Source of the DNA: Octopus vulgaris
Taxonomy: Eukaryota
NCBI GenBank assembly: GCA_951406725.2
Contig: OX597822.1
Location: forward strand, 109,058,001-109,122,000
Direction: 5' to 3'
DNA: 64,000 nt
Under the pieces are notes generated by a model that worked only from the letters and a program-made list of their open reading frames with translations, made no database searches and was not told where the DNA came from. Position numbers and translations under genes: made by a program. Numbering within the stretch: position 1 is the stretch's first letter; each line of letters opens with the position of its first letter. Shown in pieces: positions 56,395 to 64,000 of the stretch.

Positions 56395-57031
56395 TGGCTT
56401 GCCGTGTCCCCAAAACATGTATCGAGAGTGATATAAATCAAACATCGAGTCAGCATCAGGGTGTTTGGAGTGATCACTATAGATATGGTGACGATATGCC
56501 TCCATTCGTCTTTCTACCCGACCTCAAACTCAAGTGCCTGGAGAAAGTAGTGCTGCCCTGGGTCAAGAGTGTGGCTACTGGAAGACCCTACGTCTGGATA
56601 CAGGATTCTTTAAACATGACACACAAGAAGGAGTACCCAGTTATGGCTATCACACAAATTCTGCGACCACATCACACCTAAGATCTAGCCACCTAACTCC
56701 CCAGACTGCAAACCCCTTGATAATTATGAGTGGGGCGCAGTTGAGAGAGGGAGTAACTAAACTCTTTGTAACACCAAAGATGAGTTGAAGGCAAGGATTA
56801 TGGCAGCATTCACCAACAAAACGAGGAAATCGTCCAGAAGACTTGTAAGAGATTCCGAAGTGGCCTGGAGGCTGTGGTTAAGGCAATACCGATTTTATTG
56901 AATAAATTTACTGTTTAGTATTTCAAAATATCTTTTATGTAATTTTCGTAAATATATCTCTTAAAATGAGGTGTCAGTATTATTTTCATTTTTGTGTAAT
57001 TTAGACGGCAATATACTCACCGCACTCTTTA
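56395..57031 (+). mobile_element. maT/DD37D-like (Tc1-mariner superfamily) transposase C-terminal relic
   Basis: MPPFVF..LEKVVLPWVKSVATGRPYVWIQDS ... FCDHITPKI*PPNSPDCKPLDNYEWGAVER...NTKDELKARIMAAF...CKRFRSGLEAVVKA; frameshifted. Confidence 0.85.
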
Positions 57032-57744
57032 AAAATAAGCAATAAAAAACAAACAAATTGGGATTAAAAGGAAATAAATGGTCTCTGATGAAGGGAACTA
57101 ATTAATACTTGACTCACATGTATATATATGGATCGCTGTACAGCTCCATTCCCCATCATCAAACAAACATCAAGTTGCATTTACGAACATATTTCACGCA
57201 TCATCTTACTTGGGCTCTCTTTATGGTATTCTTCATTACGCTATCGATACGAATCACCTCTACCTCCACTTACTCTCACAATTCCCTCTACATCACCTTC
57301 GTTCACCGATAACCTTGAAAACACGTAACGCGCCATGCTGCTACTGCACAAAATATGCTTACATGATCACTGATATACGCTGACTAACTAACGCAAATCA
57401 CACGTATGATGTAAATTCTCAATTTCTTTGTACTTTCTCACGGCACTTTTAATATAAGATTGAGTGTAGGACGACATTGGTTTCAAATTCTCGCGATGAA
57501 TATATTACTACAGTAATATTTTCTAACACTTTTGAAAGATGGTTCTGCTAAATGTTTTTTTTTTTTTCCGTTTGAGTGTATCACTCACCGTTTGGTAATT
57601 ATATGAGTAGTTACGTTCATCCTCATATGAAACCAGATTATTTTTTTCTATAACCCAAGATGAAAGAGTTTATAAAATAATACATATATACCTCGTACGC
57701 TCAATGATAAAAGAGACAATACTTTCCATTATAGGCAGAGGACC

Positions 57745-57935
57745 TGAAATGTTTCCGTGGGAGGAGTCTACTCGATTCTGTCGACTCCAGTGCTCGACTC
57801 GTACTAATTTTATTGGCCCCTACGGACAGGATGAAAGAAAAATTTACTTCGGCAGCATCTGAACATACAATGTACAGGCAGAATAAATACAGCTCAGCAT
57901 TTTCTCCGGCGTCCGAACGCTTCAATCAACTCTGT
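57745..57935 (-). mobile_element. Old degenerate SINE (ggcggcgagctggcag family)
   Basis: gtcgactccagtgctcgactcgtactaattttattggcccc...aggatgaaag...agcattttctccggcgt aligns loosely with 39341-39565. Confidence 0.55.
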
Positions 57936-58372
57936 GCCGTCAATAATCAAATAAACAACAAAATTGAAATAAAGCGACATCGTGCGTGAGTGAAACACAC
58001 TAGTCAAATCTATGGCTCCTATATTTATACGGAGTGAATTGAAATCAATTCTGCAGATGGTCCTGTCTCTAAACACAATTGTGCTACACACAGATTTGCA
58101 TTTATAAGTCTGAAAGAACACTTCAAAAACGTTCAGCGTTCTTCTGTACACGCTACATCGTCAGGTAAACGTCCTATTGAATGTATTTCAGACAGCTGAA
58201 ATCGTGTCAGATAACAGCATATCATTAATGGTTCTATGCAAGAAACATTTAAGTTATTCTCATTCCAATGGAATCGAATATTTTCCTGAACAAGAAGAGC
58301 TTAATCGACATCTTGTTACACACTCAAATATCTACAAGAAAAACGCTCGCATAAAAAACAACAGCGCCAACA

Positions 58373-58741
58373 GTGGAGGCGCAATGGCCCAGTGGTTAGG
58401 GTAGCGGACTCGCGGTCGGATGATCGTGGTTTCGATTCCCAGACCGGGTGTTGTGTGTATTTATTGAGCGAAAAGATCTAAAGCTCCACGAGGCTCCGGC
58501 AGGGAGTGGTGGCGACCCCTGTTGTACTCTTTCGCCCCAACTTTCTCTCACTCTTTCTTCCTGTTTCTTGCCCCCGGCATCCTACGCAATCGCTGAGCCT
58601 GGATGCGCATTCATCCTTCCGTCGATGCTCTCGGTGTCGGGGGTTGACCTGCTTTCCTTCCTGCGGGTCTTACGAATAGCAAAGGACCACGTTTCAGACT
58701 TCTCCCACTGGGACGAAGACCGCTTCGCTCAACAGTAACAG
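58373..58741 (+). mobile_element. Full-length tRNA-derived SINE with 14-bp TSD
   Basis: Head gtggaggcgcaatggcccagtggttagg (A box)...ggtttcgattccc (B box); TSD caacagcgccaaca (58359-58372) / caacagcaccaaca (58742-58755). Confidence 0.9.
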
Positions 58742-59584
58742 CAACAGCACCAACAAAAGCCACAAGTACAACAAAATGAGCTCCACACAGTATTGTTGTC
58801 GGTACCCTATTTTCCAGTCCATGAACGTAATAGCTAAATGGTTATCGCCTGGGATATTTTGAGAATGTAGTGGTTAGCATTTCTGACCAGAGTAAACGGC
58901 CATATTTTAGTGATTGTGGGGATTTTCTCCTGCGTTTCTCACAATTTCTGGCTACGTTACATTTATTTCCAGTGGGACTATTTTTGTTTTCTTGATACAC
59001 CAAGACAGCTTCTCAGCTTTATGAAGTGAAGATTTCATCCCCAGCATCCAAATTGATGCGGCAGTGTTACGGGAAATTGAGGGTGGGCTTCTTAGTATTA
59101 CCCTTCATATTCTCTCTCCTGCTTTGAATGAGAAGAGCATTTTCATCGCGCGCCCAACACACCAATCACATAGATTGTATTTCAGTAACCTTAACGTGAC
59201 ACAAGTTCAAAATGGCTTATGATGTTGGCTTATAAATAAAGTCTATTGGCAATACAGGTGTCTCATTTCCACAAAAGTTTTTGTTAACTCGAATTAAACA
59301 TCTCTGAGTATTCCGCCACATGTCTGACACCAAAGCAAAAGTCAAGTTCATTGCAAATGTCCCTTCATAAATCTATTTCCACGAACCATTTATTACGTAT
59401 ATGCCTGCGTGCAATTATCTCACATCTCTAATTTTCCGCTCGATTCTCTTCGTCTTCGGTCTTGAAGAACTAACATAACATTCATGTGTCATTTCTTCAA
59501 ATATCCTCGGTAGACTGTCCAGACACTCATCTATATTTTCGGTTATAGAAGTTAGATTTGTTTCCTATTCTTTATTTGTGCAAA

Positions 59585-61090
59585 AAATAGTGCCTGGGGA
59601 TTCATTTTTACCATAATTTTGAGGTCATCCATGATTAACAAGTGGTTGACTTTTTGGTAAATCTGTACTTACGCTTGCAAACTTTCTGCACATGTGGCAG
59701 GATTATTCCAGTCAACAATTTCCACATAAGTGGCAAGCAGGATATCGTATTTCCTTTTTCGATGTTTTTCGAGCACAACGCTGTCCAACCCATTTTCAAC
59801 CACTCTGCTGTTACTTTGTCGGTATTTAACAAATTTTGATTTGTGCAGCTCTTCGTGCATGACATTCACCAAATCCTTTTCTAACCATGAACCCCATCTG
59901 GTCTCGGGGCTTTCCAGTTGCCCATTGTGTTGTGGATTTCTGTCACTTCTCTAACTGAAATGACTAATTCTCCCTGTTTTGGACAGACTACATTTTGTTT
60001 CAGTACTTGCAACCATTCATCATCCTTCTTGTGCTCCTTGTCTTTGTTCCAAAACGTTTGACTTACATTGTTATCTGGTATCTACTTTTCAACTGTACAT
60101 TCTCCATTTATTTCTTTGTAGAATCTCTTCAGATCTACCCGGAATAAACTATACTTCGGGTATCTCTTCATGCTTTGGTCGTATCGTACCACATTTGCTT
60201 TCTTTTCTTTCAGTTATTCCATTACCACTAGTGGAGGCGCAAGGCCCAGTGGTTAGGGTAGTGGATTGTGGTCATAGGATCGCGGTTTCGATTCCCAGAC
60301 CGGGCGTTGTGAGTGTTTATTGAGCGAAAACACCTAAAAGCTCCACGAGGCTCCGGCAGGGGATGGTGGTAATCCCTGCTGTACTCTTTCACCACAACAT
60401 TCTCTCACTCTTACTTCCTGTTTCTGTTGTACCTGTATTTCAAGGGGCCGGCCTTGTCACTCTCTGTGTCACGCTGAATATCCCCGAGAACTACGTTAAG
60501 GGTGCACGTGTCTGTGAAGTGCTCAGCCACTTACACGTTAATTTCACGAGCAGGCTGTTTCGTTGATTCGGATCAACCGGAACCCTCATCGTCGTAAACG
60601 ACGGAGTGCTTCCATCCATCACATTACCACTTTCGAACCCCTACTTTCGATATCATACTCCCAGTTCAGTGCCCTGTATTTTTGCTCGCATTAAGCACCA
60701 TCTTCTCTTTTCAGTCTAACAGATAAATGCCCTTCGAGAGCATATCTAACGCTGCCTGTAATCTCCATTTCCACCATAAATCTATTTTTATGTCACTCTC
60801 ATTATATCTCTTTTCCGTGACATCAACGAACATTTTCTGCTACAATAATATTTGCTGCCTTTATCAAACAGTTTGTTTCTTTGATGTTTTCCGTTCTGAT
60901 GTATTCCAGCATTTCATTCACATTTTTTGCTTCTTGGTTCAATTTCCACCCGTTTTAAGGTTGCAAATAATGTCACCATCGATCGCCTGAACCCTTGTCT
61001 TTTTTCTGTCGTAGATTGCCTTTTCCCATCTGTCATGTCACCATTAGTTTTATTGTCTTCTTCTAAACCATCTATATGTCTCTCATCGAG
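59585..61090 (-). mobile_element. R4/Dong-like non-LTR retrotransposon, inverted 5' portion (N-terminus and RT)
   Basis: Minus strand: MGNWKAPRPDGVHG (~59880-59925), ISCLPLMWKLLTGII (~59700-59745), NHLLIMDDLK (~59600-59650). Interrupted by the SINE at 60230-60621. Confidence 0.82.
60230..60621 (+). mobile_element. Full-length tRNA-derived SINE nested in the LINE, 10-bp TSD
   Basis: Same head and core as 58373, different tail; TSD cattaccact at 60220-60229 and 60622-60631. Confidence 0.92.
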
Positions 61091-61091
61091 C

Positions 61092-62215
61092 AAAAATATT
61101 GGCTTCAAAGCTGAATGCCAGAAATATAGTTTCGGCAGTAAACTCGTGCGCAGTCGCAATAGTTCGCTATGGTGCTAGAATACTGAAGTGGACAGATGAG
61201 GAACTAAAGGAGACGGATAGGAAGTGAATAAAGCTTCTAACGATGCATGGAATCCATAATCCACATGCAGACACCGACGGCCTATACATGAATAGAGCAA
61301 ATAGCAGAAAGGGTATGTTAAATATGCGTATCGAGATTTAGAGCTTAGTGAGATACGTAGCCCAAACTAAGAGAACCTTCCTAGTGACAGATAGGAAAGA
61401 GGAAGCATTGAGTGTAGAGAAATATAGAAAACAAAGGACGTACAAAACGGACATGAAGAAGAATTGTAAAAGAATGTACTACAATTCCATGTAACCAAAA
61501 GAGAATTTCCTGGAAAAATAGGCAGGATTCACTGATGAAAGGAGCACTAAAACAAAGTCCTAGTGCACTACATTGGCAGTGCAATACCAAGCATTGGCCA
61601 TGCACTGGTGGGTCAACTTAAGGAATGAGCAAGTTGCAATAGAGTGGATGAGACCATTGCCCATATCACGAACGAATGCCCTAGACTTGCCCAAAGTCAC
61701 TACAGGTTGTGGCTACACGTCCAGTTAGGGACAGTGCTCGACTGGAAACTGTGCTAAAAGCTGGGGCTAGAGAGAAGCTTCATGTGCTGTAAGCACAAGC
61801 CGGAGATAGTGGCGGAGTCGGAGTTTAGCATAATCCTCTTACATATAGTGGTCCTAGTGGTGGTGGATAAGGTACACCACGTATGATATGTAGCTTATTT
61901 TGCAGCCCCTTTAACTAACGAATAGTCAAGAAAGAAGGCGAAAAAATATATATCTACAAAGTAAAAAAAAAGCCCGACTATGGAAAATGAAGAAGGTAGA
62001 GATAGTGTGAATTATCATCAGAATGTATCAAGGGGAATATAAAATAAGTTGGAACAGAGAGCCTAGTAGAAATGCTACAAAAGTCTTGCCGCCTTGGCAC
62101 GGTCAGAATAATCAGGAAAGAACCAGCTGAAAAGAACGGATAGCATGGTACCGTAGTCTGCAGGTAGTCTCCAGGAGCTCCAACAAAACCTGTGATAAAA
62201 AGAAGTAATAACAAT
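61092..62215 (+). mobile_element. R4/Dong-like LINE 3' portion (thumb, CCHC knuckle, restriction-like endonuclease)
   Basis: KILASKLNARNIVSAVNSCAVAIVRYGARILKWTDEELKETDRK*IKLLTMHG..PHADTDGLYM; C....ETIAHITNECPRLAQSHY..W.H; VVVDKVHHV; EMLQKSCRLGTVRIIRK. Ends in a degenerate TAA/TGA repeat. Confidence 0.88.
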
Positions 62216-62219
62216 AGTG

Positions 62220-62241
62220 TTGATGATAATGATTATAATGA

Positions 62242-62272
<31 letters not shown>

Positions 62273-62274
62273 TG

Positions 62275-62312
<38 letters not shown>

Positions 62313-62327
62313 CTGATGATGATGATG
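62220..62327. repeat. (GAT)n microsatellite at the 3' end of the LINE
   Basis: Direct inspection. Confidence 0.93.
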
Positions 62328-63383
62328 GAAAATTAAGGATCACGGAAAATTGAAAGGGAAAATAGTGAGAAATCGTGGGCGAAATGAATACCCCTGTGGC
62401 TCAGCTGATCATAATACTATACGTAGAACAGCTCACATTCTATACAGTATATTCTGAATCAAGTGGTGCCTTCCCTTTAGTAGGTGAGGCATTTAACGCG
62501 CATCTATTTAAATACGATATAAACAAGAGGTACAGATGATGTTAAAAACGGCAGAATTTTTTACAGATTATTGAAAATAGCCTCCGTTCCAACTAAAAAG
62601 GTAGGTACGCCATAAGAGCAATTGATCTGCTAGGGTTTAAATCCAAAGAAGAAATATTTCATTGTGATACCTTAAATACTAGAAAAAACGTCATAGATGC
62701 ACACCTTTAATTCCTTAGGAAGTGCATACAGGACGTATTCTAGATATAAACCACAGACATTTGTTATAAAACGGAGATATGTTTGTCCATTTATCTTTAA
62801 CTCTTTAACTGCACTGTAAAATATAAATCAAACTATTCTTGAGTTCTAAAGATCATGTCTAACAGTCAAACACCCATTATATTAAGTCCAGTATAATAGC
62901 CAAGGGACACATTCGATTACAAATCTCTTGAATTACACCTAAATTAGAACGTCGAACAACATGTTTAGTAGTATTTAATCAGGTTCCTTATTTTCTGGGT
63001 TCGAATTCCGACGATGTTAATTTGCTTTTCGTTCCTAGAAGGTCGAAAAGTGACAGTTGCAGTAAAGTACCTGGGGGCGATGAAATCGATTGGACCCTCA
63101 CCGCAAAACTGCTGAGCGTTTGCCAAAACTTGAAAGGATAACGTTATTAACTCCAATAAATAATACACATATAAGCCGCATTCAAGAAAATATTAATTTG
63201 TCATGTATATCACGTGATCATTGCTGCATATGCAACACATCATCAATAGATACGGAAAAATTATTGTGAGTAATTAAATGAAGCATAATTTTCTTTATAT
63301 AAACGGCAATTTTTTTATATACATAAACATAAAGTGTAAAGACCAATGCCAGACAGAATAATTCCAGAACAGGAAAGAAATCT

Positions 63384-63451
<68 letters not shown>

Positions 63452-63475
63452 ATATATGTATTTATATATATATAC

Positions 63476-63531
<56 letters not shown>

Positions 63532-63590
63532 GTATATATATACATGTATGTATGTATATATATATATACATACATATATAAATAAATATA

Positions 63591-63693
<103 letters not shown>

Positions 63694-64000
63694 ATATATA
63701 TATATATATATACATATATATACGTATGTATGTATGTTATAGGCTTTCTATGGAATTTGCAGACTAACCACTCCCATCATAGCATTCGGACGATACGATG
63801 AATTACTTGTTTTATGACGAATAACGAACAACATAAAGAACGTATTTAAACGTGATTATAATTCATTTCATGGTATTATTGACTTGTCTGAGCTAATTAG
63901 ATCAAGGTGAACAATATGGATTTCAAAAAAGGTCACGAGTCACAACATCTTGCTTTGTTAGAAATAGTTAATTGCATTAAAATATTTAATCAATAAACAT

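Noticed and set aside
57084-57100. ctgatgaaggg hammerhead half-core
   Set aside because: No matching stem II or GAAA downstream; at best a truncated relic.
58373-58450. tRNA gene (also at 60230 and 23950-24027)
   Set aside because: A and B boxes are present but there is no complete cloverleaf or terminator; these are SINE heads with tails and, in two cases, TSDs.

Overview
AT-rich, microsatellite-saturated eukaryotic DNA. The tRNA-derived SINE families and the density of (TA)n, (CA)n and (GATA)n point to an octopus (cephalopod) genome; this is inferred, not verified. I find no confidently intact host gene, and nearly all short ORFs in the track are microsatellite artefacts. The window is a transposon graveyard: two Ty3/Gypsy pol relics (one with PPT and 3' LTR), mariner and maT/DD37D transposase relics, MITEs, non-autonomous Helitrons, many SINEs, an R4/Dong-like RLE LINE with an inverted 5' half, and several Penelope-like elements (PLEs). 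One PLE keeps an uninterrupted ~550-codon RT+GIY-YIG frame. The most interesting signal is about a dozen type-I hammerhead-ribozyme (HHR) motifs in PLE pseudo-LTRs and in short islands embedded in (TA)n tracts. Their cores covary at the catalytic 3:8 pair (C3-G8, U3-A8 and A3-U8). Faint cadherin-like motifs in degenerate frames may mark decayed protocadherin relics (low confidence).
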